From: Bacteroidia bacterium
GTDB lineage: Bacteria; Bacteroidota; Bacteroidia; M30B66
Length of the DNA: 64,000 nucleotides
Assembly: GCA_965279035.1 (NCBI GenBank)
Contig: OZ257142.1
Coordinates: 1,536,001 to 1,600,000 of the forward strand
Direction of reading: 5' to 3'
A program made the translations under genes and the position numbers. Positions 29,600-39,358 of this stretch are shown in pieces; the first letter of the stretch is position 1, and every line of letters starts with the position of its first letter. The notes under the pieces were generated by a model, which saw only the letters and a program-made list of their open reading frames with translations, did not search any database and was not told the DNA's origin.

Positions 29600-30228
29600 T
29601 TATTTTTTTAGAATATAAAGATACAAAATTTTGAATTTTACAAATGCGGAGATCTTAGTGCATTTATCATAAATCCTAACTTGAATACCAAGCATTGTAT
29701 TGGGGAACAGAGGATTGTTTAAAATAAATCCATCCATTGAATATAGGCCCAAACCAGCAAATAACTGTATTTGTTTCATAATAAAATATTCAATTCCAAT
29801 TGAAAGAGAATTCTCGAATCTCATTTTTTTTCGATTAATGAAAAAAGGTGGTGCTAATTGATATTCTCTATAGTTTAACTGATACATTGAATATTCAAAC
29901 TGGCAAAAGAATTTAGCTTTTTTATATTCATAGATAGAATAGCGATAGCCGAGAAGAGCACCTAATGCATGTTTATTATACACGATAGTTGAAATAGGTT
30001 TTTCTTATTGAAATACTGAATATTCAGGACCTATGAAAACCGAATGCCTCTTCCATTTTAAAACTAAAAGCGCAGCATGATGAAGGATTTGCTTATGAAT
30101 ATTCAAGGAATAGCGAATTGAAATTTCAGGAGGTTTGGGAATTGAATCCTGTCCATGAGCGGATTGAAACAATGAAAATGATAGTAAGATCGCTATAACA
30201 ATGGAATGGTGCAATTCGTTGATTTCAT
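29600..30228 (-). pseudogene. Interrupted outer-membrane beta-barrel gene
   Basis: ORFs 30005-30214 and 29600-29983 are in the same frame, separated by one TAA (SVFQ*EKPISTIVYNK); the nearest ATG (30228) is out of frame. Confidence 0.65.
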
Positions 30229-30387
30229 TGTTGAAGGAGATTTACAATTTAGTTCCTATCATTTCAATTGTTCGTTATCAAAAAGAAAAATCCATATTTA
30301 TATACGATTATATCAGAAAAAAAACTAGCGAGTATAGTGGGAAATTTCATTTGTTATAATATCTCGGATTTTTTAATTTTTGATTAA

Positions 30388-30975
30388 TTACAATTTTATC
30401 TGAATTCCAAGTGCTAGAAGTTTTGTAAAGGAAATACCAGGAATTTCATAATCGTATTGTGATTGAGAAATAAAATGTGCCCTATTTCTTATATGAGAAA
30501 TGCAAATAGGCTCAAAAATAAATTGAAAACGATTATTTATGACATAGTAGAATCGAGGGAAAATTCCAATATTGAAAATGGATACCCTTTTTTTCATAGG
30601 TTCATTTTGCAAATAGTTTCCAATGTCAAAGCCAAGGCCTAGTAAAAGTTTATTTTTAGATAAATGAAAAATATATTCAGCATTAAAAGCAATTGAATTA
30701 TTATCAAAGAATTTACTTCCACTAAAGACTTTTATGGGTATACCTACTATTAGCTTGCCTGAAAGTCTGTCGTTATACTGATAATTTATAAAGAAGTTAT
30801 TATTATAAAATGCATTCACAGAGCCTATTTTACCATTTATAAGTTGGTATAGATTATCATGAAGATAACCTACATAGAGTTTACCTTTCTTTTCTGGTTG
30901 TATTGCTTGTGAAAATACATTTAATGTAGAAAAATATAAAATTATCAAAGCGATCCAGTACCCAAAAAATCTCAT
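30388..30975 (-). CDS. Outer-membrane beta-barrel-like protein
   Basis: Signal peptide, amphipathic strands, LGIQIKL C-terminus. Confidence 0.55.
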   Translation of the reverse strand: MRFFGYWIALIILYFSTLNVFSQAIQPEKKGKLYVGYLHDNLYQLINGKIGSVNAFYNNNFFINYQYNDRLSGKLIVGIPIKVFSGSKFFDNNSIAFNAEYIFHLSKNKLLLGLGFDIGNYLQNEPMKKRVSIFNIGIFPRFYYVINNRFQFIFEPICISHIRNRAHFISQSQYDYEIPGISFTKLLALGIQIKL

Positions 30976-30992
30976 GAAATCTAATGTAAGAA

Positions 30993-33134
30993 TTAGTTTT
31001 TAAGAAAGGTTCCTTTTGAATTTAATTTATCTTCATTTATTAAAATGAAATAAGAACCGTGTGATAAACTCTTAACGTCTATAGCAACTGTACCTTTAAT
31101 TCCAGTAAGGTTTCCTTTCATGACTTCTGTTCCTAAAACAGAATATATTGAATATGTTACTTTTGGTAGATCAGGTACAACAAAAGAGATTGATTCATTA
31201 GTTGGATTTGGAAATAATAAAAGAGAAACTGGAACTTTATTTTTTTCATTTTTCCTAATTGGTAAAGATAAGTAATTTAAGTTTGGATTCTCGATTCTTT
31301 GAGGTGGACAGTATACAGGATTTGCGATAATATCATATTCAGATATATCTCCTGGAGCAAATTCATCTGCGCCTGTAACTTCACCTTGAGCTACAAATGT
31401 AATATGAGTACCTGGCTCAATTGTAACGTTTGGTCCGAAGGCTATATCTCCTATCGCAGCGATAGTCAAATTCCCAGTTAGATGAATATTGCTCAATGAA
31501 ATATTAGGCTGCAATTCACAACACTCTCTTGGTATGCTCTCACTTGAATAAGCTTCCGCACTATAATTAAAAGAATAATTACAATTATTTGAGTTTATCA
31601 TTTTGGGAATCGGATTATAGTTAAAATTGGAGTTAATAGATGGCGAAGGAGAAATCTTTGTATATGTACCGTTTAAAAATTCACCTTCGATTGCTGAACA
31701 AGGATTTTTCAAATTTAAAGACCAACTATAGGTCCCATTTGGTGCTTGATTTCCATTTTCATCTAATCCATTCCATGAAATTACATCTTGAGGATTAACA
31801 ATAGAAATTTCTCTGATAATTCCAGAACTATTTGAGATTCTTAAGAAGAGTTGGGTTACATTTGATAAATTTGAAAAGGTTAAAAGTCCTGATTGAACAG
31901 TTTGTAAAGCATGAAAAACTTGAGCACTATTTTCACCTTTGGAAAAAATATGAGATATTTGGTCCCCACAACTTAAGCAACCTGCATCAAAATTTAAATT
32001 ATAAATATAGTATCCTGCTGCAACTTCTGAACCGTTCGAATTTTTTCCATTCCATGAAACTACTGAAGGTGGATTGTGAAATGACTTCTCCCATATTAAG
32101 GCACCATCATCTGTCTCGGATATTCTTATTTTAACATATTCTACATTCTCTAAATTAAAAAAAGTTAATGGTGCTATAGATGTATGCTGATTATTAACTG
32201 TGATCAAACCTGGTTGGCCTATATCTCTCATACATGATAAATCATACCTTTTTTGACAGAGTCTGTAAACTTTTATATTATCAACAAGTGCCATTCTATG
32301 ACCAAATACTAAATCGGGACCACTAATTCTTATATGTAAATAAGTTTCATCACTGGCTTCATCAACCTCAAATATTTGTGTAAAGTGAGTCCATTCTGAT
32401 TGACTGTTTGGATCATTTTCTAAATTTAATTCATGATCGTAATTCCCTAATTGGTCTGTTAAATTATGAGACCAGTCTCCATCTGGAGTAAAACGGACTT
32501 TTAATTGTGTAGACTTATTTCTCATTCTAGCCGCATCACACTCAAATATATAATATTGGCAAGGTGCAATTGGCTCAGTTAATTTTACTATTATTTGATC
32601 TCTTCGATCCACCGCTGCAGATCTTAATCCAACATAATTATTATTTACCTGATTAGGCAACTGCATTGGGATCTTATAACCAAATGAATTATTAGGAACG
32701 CCAAAGTCGGCTGGACAACCATTTGCATCTACTTCATCGCACCCTGGCTGAAATGTACATTCTGCTCCCATAGTATTCCAATATTCCGCATCATGAATCA
32801 TAACGTTTGTGGAATTAGGATATGCTATACTTACAGTTGAAGAAAAAAGAGTTGCAGTACCAGCATTAGTCCCACCTGTATTTTCAGTTTGCATTTCAGA
32901 ATACCAAGGTCCGCACCAGAACGCTAGCCATTTTTTAAAAATATAATCTGGGTTATACGCCAAATAACCCGTTGGCCGGATTCCAATTTCGTCAGAACAA
33001 CATTCATTTGTGCAGTTAGTAGGAGGAGCCCAATATTCAGCACATTCAAAATTAGGGCATGGGACAATATTATAACTCTGGCTTCGCAATTGAAAACTTA
33101 TCAATATGAGAAGTATAAAAGCAAGATTTCTCAT
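30993..33134 (-). CDS. T9SS type A secreted protein, Cys-rich N-terminus, two FlgD-like Ig repeats
   Basis: SWNG....G.....G.Y twice; LFPNP...GSYF CTD. Confidence 0.75.
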   Translation of the reverse strand: MRNLAFILLILISFQLRSQSYNIVPCPNFECAEYWAPPTNCTNECCSDEIGIRPTGYLAYNPDYIFKKWLAFWCGPWYSEMQTENTGGTNAGTATLFSSTVSIAYPNSTNVMIHDAEYWNTMGAECTFQPGCDEVDANGCPADFGVPNNSFGYKIPMQLPNQVNNNYVGLRSAAVDRRDQIIVKLTEPIAPCQYYIFECDAARMRNKSTQLKVRFTPDGDWSHNLTDQLGNYDHELNLENDPNSQSEWTHFTQIFEVDEASDETYLHIRISGPDLVFGHRMALVDNIKVYRLCQKRYDLSCMRDIGQPGLITVNNQHTSIAPLTFFNLENVEYVKIRISETDDGALIWEKSFHNPPSVVSWNGKNSNGSEVAAGYYIYNLNFDAGCLSCGDQISHIFSKGENSAQVFHALQTVQSGLLTFSNLSNVTQLFLRISNSSGIIREISIVNPQDVISWNGLDENGNQAPNGTYSWSLNLKNPCSAIEGEFLNGTYTKISPSPSINSNFNYNPIPKMINSNNCNYSFNYSAEAYSSESIPRECCELQPNISLSNIHLTGNLTIAAIGDIAFGPNVTIEPGTHITFVAQGEVTGADEFAPGDISEYDIIANPVYCPPQRIENPNLNYLSLPIRKNEKNKVPVSLLLFPNPTNESISFVVPDLPKVTYSIYSVLGTEVMKGNLTGIKGTVAIDVKSLSHGSYFILINEDKLNSKGTFLKN

Positions 33135-33146
33135 TTCAATATTTTT

Positions 33147-35360
33147 TTACTTATTTTTTATTTGTAATTCCAATTCATTAATTCGTTTCTCCAATTCGAT
33201 TATGTACAGAAAAAGTTCCTCTGTTTTCTCAACATTAGTAAGTTGAACTTGTTCTAAATCAAAACCACCATTTTGCTTTACCTCATTTACACTTGGCATT
33301 CCTGGTAAGTGCTTGTTCTTCTTAATATATGCTTCAATTTCATTTAATTTCATTAGTTTATAAGATTCTTCAAAAACATAATCTGGAAAATTAAAAGAAG
33401 TAACTTTAAATTTTCGAGCTGATATCATCCCATAAACCTTGAGTTTAGAAGTGTTTAGTTGAATGTCATCAGAAGGATTTCCAATTTCTGTTCTCCCATC
33501 CCCCCATACCATAAACGCTGGATTTGTTCCATTACTTTGATCAATTGTAAAAGCTTTTGTATTATTATTACTCACATTTACAACTAATGCATAACCATAC
33601 TGTTCGACATCTTGATCATTTAAAGTTAATGTTGTTTTATCCTTCGTTTGAATTGTCGTTTCTCCACCAAAAAAAGAACGCCCTCTAAGATTTAAAGATA
33701 TTGGCCAATTTTCAGTTTCGTTGTTAGGAACTACTCCTCTTAAAGATAGAATACCATTTACATGTAAAGCATCAGTATTTGTTTCTTCGAAGTTTCCTCC
33801 AATTTGAAGTGATCCAGTAAAACTTGTTCCATTCACATGCAAATTAGTTTGAGGAGCATCCGTCCCAATTCCAACAAAAGGTTTACAAGTTTCTATTCCT
33901 GCATAGAGAATTGCTGGATTTCCTGCTACTGAAATCCAAGAAGATAAAAATTCTTCTGTTTGTGTTAATCGACAAGCTCTCTGGACTGGTAGTATTGCAG
34001 TTGGCAATCCTGTTATCTTATATAAACTGCCATCATCGCCCATAACCAAATACTTAAATGTATTTTCTTGTTCTTCTGTTAAGATTGGAAGATCGGGTAA
34101 ATTTGAAAGAATTACTTGTTGATTTAGGCGAACAGAGCCATTTACATCTAATTTATAGTTTGGATTTGAAATGCCAATGCCCATATTTCCAGAAGCAGCC
34201 AATCGCATGGCTTCTTGCAAATTTGTTTTAAATACCACATCCGTTTCATCATTGGTTCCTATATACTGAGTTTCAGGATTGGTACCTGAATTTCCTCCCA
34301 TGGTCCAATCGTCGCGCTCAGGAGCATTGAGTGTGATGTCTGCTGAAGTAGCACAATTTCGACCATCGGTAACGGTAATAGTATAAGTTCCTGCGCCTAA
34401 ACCACTGAGTGTGGAGCTTGTTGCACCTGTATTCCATGCATAGGTATAGGGGGCATTTTCTTGATTAGAAAGGACGGTTTCTATTTGTCCGTTATAGCAA
34501 TTATAGCAAGACACTTCATAGCCATTTGCATATGAACTTGTTTGAAGGTTGAATTTAGGTTTCTCATAGTTTAGAATTTCAAATACAGGACGTATTTCAC
34601 CTCCACTTGCATCAACAATGAAAACATGTTGCTCTCCTGCGTTTAAATAGTGCGCTGTATCGCTTGAGTTTCCATTTTCCCATTTTATTTTATAAGGTGG
34701 CGCTCCACCAGCAATGGTCACGGTTGCCGATGCAGGCTGATCTTCTCCACATTCAATATGACTGAGGATATTTACACTAGCTGAAAGGACTGGTGGTGCC
34801 GATAATTGAACACTCCCTTGCTTGATACACCCCGATTCATCAGTAATTGTATAGGAATAAGTTCCTGAAGATAAAGCGCTTATTTCACGTGTTGTAGCAC
34901 CTGTATTCCATTGAACTTGATAGGCGCCTGATCCTCCATTGGCACTTAATAGAACTAAACCATCTGTTGCTGCATTACTGCTTAATTGATAGGAGCCAAA
35001 CTGTTGAATTGTGAGTTGTGGTTCAATCTCGGCAGGTTCATATATAGTTATGCTTTGTGTTAAACTCATGGCTGGAACAGAGGCATCAGTCACCGTTAAA
35101 CTATAAGTTCCAGCATGTAGATTATTGATTTTTGCATCGTGTGTTCCATCGCTCCAAGTAAATACATAAGGCTGAGTTCCTCCACTTACTTGGCTATTAA
35201 TAAAACCATCGCTGCTTCCATGGCAACTAATATTATATCCTCCACTATAAAAGCGTGGAACCAATTGTATATTCAAAGGTCCTTGTGCACATACCGCCGA
35301 AAATGGTAGTATAAAAAGAAGAATTAATTTCCAATGGGGGGGGGGATTTTATCTTTTCAT
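33147..35360 (-). CDS. SprB-repeat protein with tail-fibre/peptidase-S74-like C-terminus; in-frame TAA at codon 4
   Basis: SprB repeats (GG..PY...W, L.AG.Y...VTD..C); GIGT..P...LHVNG; PDYVF...LPGMPS + coiled coil; ATG AAA AGA TAA precedes an intact signal peptide. Confidence 0.7.
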
Positions 35361-35510
35361 GATTCTATAAAATAGTAGAACGAACCTAAATCATAAAAAT
35401 GAAAATCAATAGGGTTGTTTAACGGTTTGGGGAAGGGCTGTTTGCACGGGAAAATTAATTACGAATGTTCAATTACGAATTACGAATTAATTTGGTTGAT
35501 AGAAACAACT

Positions 35511-35609
35511 AAGCGGCAAGGATAGCAGCGTAAAACCCGCAGTGCCAACCGCAGCTTTAGCGGAGGTTGGTGCGAGGATTTGACGCGAATAGCCTGCCCG
35601 CCGCCCAAA
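35511..35609 (-). ncRNA. Structured intergenic repeat, family A copy 2
   Basis: Minus strand TTTGGGCGGC...TCCTCGC-CCAACC..GCTAAAGC..GGTTGG-TGCGGG...GCCGCTT, homologous to 1693-1790. Confidence 0.55.
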
Positions 35610-35616
35610 TAAAATT

Positions 35617-37131
35617 CTAATTCTTCTCCACACATTTCCAAGCTTCTGGAAGCATATGGATGAGATCGCTTGCCTGCATGGCGGTGTATCCCATGTATTC
35701 TTGCGCCATGTCGCCGGCTAGTCCGTGAATGAAAACGCCTGCACGTGCTGCCTCAATTGGTGATAATCCACGGGCGAGTAAAGCAGTTATGATTCCGCTG
35801 AGCACATCGCCGCTGCCGCCCTTTGCCATACCGGGATTTCCTGTGCTGTTGAAAAAGACATCGCCCGATGGACTGCACACTGCGGTAAATGCACCTTTGA
35901 GCACCACCACAGCACCTGTTTTACGACTTAGCTCACGTGCATTCGCTAAGCGATCGAAAGCATTGCTCACCTTTCCACAAAGTCGATCGAGTTCGCCGGG
36001 ATGTGGCGTTAATACTGTGTCTTTCTGTAAAAAGGCTAACCAAGTTGGGTTTTCGGCAAGCAGATTTAAGCCATCGGCATCAATCAATAAAGGAGCTTGT
36101 GTTGTTTGAATGAGGTTCTTTAAGACTCGAGCTGTGTCTTCATGTTTGCCAGCACCGGGACCAAACCCAATGGCATCGAACGCTTCCGGGTTGAATGATC
36201 CGCTGAGATGCGCATTTTCTTCGGATGTAAACACCATAGCTTCGGGCAATGCTGTTTGTAAAATCGAATAGGCTTCGCCCGGAATATACACACTGCATAA
36301 TCCTACACCGCTACGTAGACAAGCTTTAGCGGCTAAAATAATCGCCCCCGTTTTTCCATGTGATGCACCTGCAATTAGGGCATGTCCGTTTGTGCCTTTA
36401 TGTGCAAATAGGCGAGGAGCTTCGAATAAATTTTCGATATCGGGTAAGAGCGTGTATTCGAAATGGGAAAATGGATCTTTCTGGAATGTTTCATCGTTAG
36501 GCATTTCCAATCCAATATCCAAGACATGCCAAGTACCCGTATAATTATCAGAACCTGGAAGTAAATACATTAAGCGTGGGGCGTGAAAACAAAGCGTATG
36601 CTGCGCTCGAATAGCTACAGCTTTGTCAGGCATAGGTGAATCGGTAAAAAAGCCGCTCGGAGCATCTATAGCAATTTTGATGGCTTGAATCGCATTGATT
36701 TCATCTACCAAACGTGCAATGGAATGTTCTAATGGACGATCGAGTCCCGTTCCGAATAAGGCATCGATAATGACCGTTTCGTTTTGAATTTGCTGAATTG
36801 ACTCTGCATTTAATTCATACGTAATTCCTCCTTCTCTGCAATATCGCTCTTTGTTTATTTGGTTATCGGAACTTATTTTTTCGCTCGGAAGAACAAATGC
36901 AAGCACCTTGTTATTGGATTTAAGAAGGAGTCGCGCGATCACAAATCCATCACCTCCGTTGTTACCCGGACCGATGAGAATGGCAAAGGAAGAATTGGGT
37001 TGAATGTGTTTCGTAATCCAATCGTAGCAAGCTGTTGCGGCTCGTTCCATAAGATCGGTAGAGCTGATCTTTTGTTGTTGAATGGTCCATTGATCGCAAG
37101 CACGAATTTGAGCGGTGGAAAGAATTTTCAT
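35617..37131 (-). CDS. nnr: Bifunctional NAD(P)H-hydrate epimerase/dehydratase
   Basis: LMERA, GNNGGDG, DALFGTG, HKG..G, GPG, LTPH.GE, GGSGDVL. Confidence 0.95.
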   Translation of the reverse strand: MKILSTAQIRACDQWTIQQQKISSTDLMERAATACYDWITKHIQPNSSFAILIGPGNNGGDGFVIARLLLKSNNKVLAFVLPSEKISSDNQINKERYCREGGITYELNAESIQQIQNETVIIDALFGTGLDRPLEHSIARLVDEINAIQAIKIAIDAPSGFFTDSPMPDKAVAIRAQHTLCFHAPRLMYLLPGSDNYTGTWHVLDIGLEMPNDETFQKDPFSHFEYTLLPDIENLFEAPRLFAHKGTNGHALIAGASHGKTGAIILAAKACLRSGVGLCSVYIPGEAYSILQTALPEAMVFTSEENAHLSGSFNPEAFDAIGFGPGAGKHEDTARVLKNLIQTTQAPLLIDADGLNLLAENPTWLAFLQKDTVLTPHPGELDRLCGKVSNAFDRLANARELSRKTGAVVVLKGAFTAVCSPSGDVFFNSTGNPGMAKGGSGDVLSGIITALLARGLSPIEAARAGVFIHGLAGDMAQEYMGYTAMQASDLIHMLPEAWKCVEKN

Positions 37132-37194
37132 AGCACAAAGATGGAATATTCGATGAGTTGAATATTTATAGAATTATGCAATCGATGTGAAGTT

Positions 37195-37440
37195 GAAAAT
37201 TAGATTTTTCATGTCAATTAATCAATTAAAGTTGTTGAAACATCAGATTTATGAATCATTCAAGTTTGTCTGCGACGCCATACTTTCTTGTCTTGACACA
37301 AGAAAGTATGCAAAGAAGGTCAAGTCTGGACGATGCTTCAGCGCGCAATGCCTTTTTTCGCCCGATGTACTTGTAGCAAAATATTTCTAAGAAATGGCGA
37401 AACGCTGCCTCGCCGCCCAGACGGGCCTGCGCACTAGATA
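37195..37440 (-). ncRNA. Pseudoknotted intergenic repeat, family B copy 2
   Basis: 13-bp hairpin 37279-37310 whose loop pairs with 37319-37324; two further crossing helices; homologous to 23640-23945. Confidence 0.65.
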
Positions 37441-37709
37441 CGTGTTTGCATCCATCTATATGAGTTAGATTCAATTTACTATATATCATTCAATTGTATT
37501 AGGAATTAATTTTCTTCAAAGACGAAAATCTGCTAAGCTGCCCATGCAAAGCCATCAAACAGTACCGTTTCTATACTTGATATTTTTATAATAAGTTAAT
37601 TTCTAAGTCTTTACTATCTTATTTTAATATGAGGTAAACAAAAAAATTGTTGATGGAGATTTCTTAATTTTTAGGGAATATTTTAATTTTTTAACTGTAC
37701 ATTTATTAT

Positions 37710-38291
37710 TTATGCCAGAATTTTCGTGTAGATTTCTATGACTTGTGGAATGAGTAAATGCTGATTATCGTTATGAATAATCCATTGTCCTAAGCGTACG
37801 ATTTCTTCTTGTGGCCATTGTTGATTCATGCGTGCTCGAACATCAATTTCCGACACTTGATTCCGCTTCATAACTCGTTGAATTCGAAGTTCATCGGGAG
37901 CTTCCACGACGATCACTCCATCGAGGTATTTTTCGAGATGATGTTCGAATAAAATGGCAGCTTCTTTTAATATGAACGCCGCTTTTTGTTGTTTGCACCA
38001 TTGTTCGAAATCATGAGCAACAGCGGGATGTATGATGGAATTGAGTGATTGAAGTGCTTCTGGATTTGAAAAAACAATGGAAGCTAAGGCAGGTCTATTT
38101 AATTGTCCATTTTCAAAAAAAACTGTTTCTCCAAATTGGGTGAAAATGGCTGTTTTAATATCGGGATCTGAATCGGTCAACAGTTTTCCACGCTCATCGG
38201 CATTGTAAACAGGAACATCGAGCAATTTAAAAATGCGCGCAACGGTTGTTTTTCCGCTACCAATTCCACCGGTTAACCCAATGCGTTTCAT
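37710..38291 (-). CDS. coaE: Dephospho-CoA kinase
   Basis: IGLTGGIGSGKT, IIHP.V, EAAILFE. Confidence 0.95.
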   Translation of the reverse strand: MKRIGLTGGIGSGKTTVARIFKLLDVPVYNADERGKLLTDSDPDIKTAIFTQFGETVFFENGQLNRPALASIVFSNPEALQSLNSIIHPAVAHDFEQWCKQQKAAFILKEAAILFEHHLEKYLDGVIVVEAPDELRIQRVMKRNQVSEIDVRARMNQQWPQEEIVRLGQWIIHNDNQHLLIPQVIEIYTKILA

Positions 38292-38335
38292 GTGGTGAAG
38301 GTACAACGGAAATGGATTGAGTTGAAGAATGTATA

Positions 38336-39358
38336 TTGTTTCAGCTAGTATTCGTTTTATTGCTTTTATTTGTTTTTCAATTCATTTCTGTAGTGTCTGT
38401 TTCCAAACAATTTTACCGGAAAATTCTCGATTTAAGTTATCAATTCATTCCCGTTTCCTTTGCGGGGAAGGACCTGACGATTTTGTGTTTGCATGGAGTT
38501 GCTCCCAATAATGCTCCATTTAATAAGCGTCATTTATCAGTTAATCAATTCGAGCATCTCATTCGTTATGTTAGTTCACGTTTTCATTTAATTCATCCGA
38601 ACGAAATTAAGGAAATCAAACCGTCTTCGAATAGCAAGCCAGCCATGCTCATTACGTTTGATGATGGGTATTTGAATAATTTAAACTATGCTGCACCCAT
38701 TTTAAAAAAGTATGCTGCACCTGCTAGTTTTTTTGTCATTACCAACACCTTTCACGATCCCGAATACATTCAATATGCGGATGTGTGTGATTTTTTGAAT
38801 TTCAGTTCGAATCGTGAAATTCAACTAAAGGATCAGGTTTTTACGAAACAATTAGGCGTTTATAAATCCTCAAAAGGAGAAACACTTTTTCAATATTTAA
38901 AGCACCAAACAATCGGAAGAGATGCGCTAGTGAAATCATTGCAGGACGCGGATTTTAAGGAGAAATCAATTCCCTTTCTGGATTATTTACGTTTGATGAA
39001 TCCAGAGCAATGGCTTCAATTAGATTCGGATCCTTTGTTTGTCATTGGATCGCATACACATTCGCATTATAATTTGGATTTAATTCCGGAGGAAATGGCT
39101 GAAAATGAATTACGTATTTCGAAAGATATTTTAGGAAATGTGCTTCAAAAAAGCATACATTCTATTGCCTATCCAGATGGAGCTTATTCTCAATATGTGA
39201 AAGAAACTTCCTTGGAAGCAGGATATAATGTGCTCTTTGCTGTTGATTATCGTTTGCCTGATGATGAAGCTGATCCACTTATTTACAAACGATTTTCATA
39301 TAGCAATAGTACTACAGTTGGCTCAAATATGTTTCGACTTTTCTTTTCGAAATGGTAA
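38336..39358 (+). CDS. Polysaccharide deacetylase (CE4); start uncertain
   Basis: ITFDDGY, GSHTHSH, AYPDG. Confidence 0.85.
   Translation: MFQLVFVLLLLFVFQFISVVSVSKQFYRKILDLSYQFIPVSFAGKDLTILCLHGVAPNNAPFNKRHLSVNQFEHLIRYVSSRFHLIHPNEIKEIKPSSNSKPAMLITFDDGYLNNLNYAAPILKKYAAPASFFVITNTFHDPEYIQYADVCDFLNFSSNREIQLKDQVFTKQLGVYKSSKGETLFQYLKHQTIGRDALVKSLQDADFKEKSIPFLDYLRLMNPEQWLQLDSDPLFVIGSHTHSHYNLDLIPEEMAENELRISKDILGNVLQKSIHSIAYPDGAYSQYVKETSLEAGYNVLFAVDYRLPDDEADPLIYKRFSYSNSTTVGSNMFRLFFSKW

Noticed and set aside
30005-35351. TAA recoding or alternative genetic code suggested by two in-frame TAA codons
   Set aside because: TAA ends many clearly complete core genes here; nearby frameshifts indicate decay.
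21725-35360. Prophage (muramidase, tail-fibre-like domain, integrase)
   Set aside because: No terminase, capsid, portal or replication genes; the components are far apart among cellular genes.
37324-37435. HDV-like or hammerhead ribozyme call
   Set aside because: The crossing helices are HDV-reminiscent, but no P1.1/P4 arrangement is evident; CTGAAGC is not CUGANGA and is not kept in copy 1.
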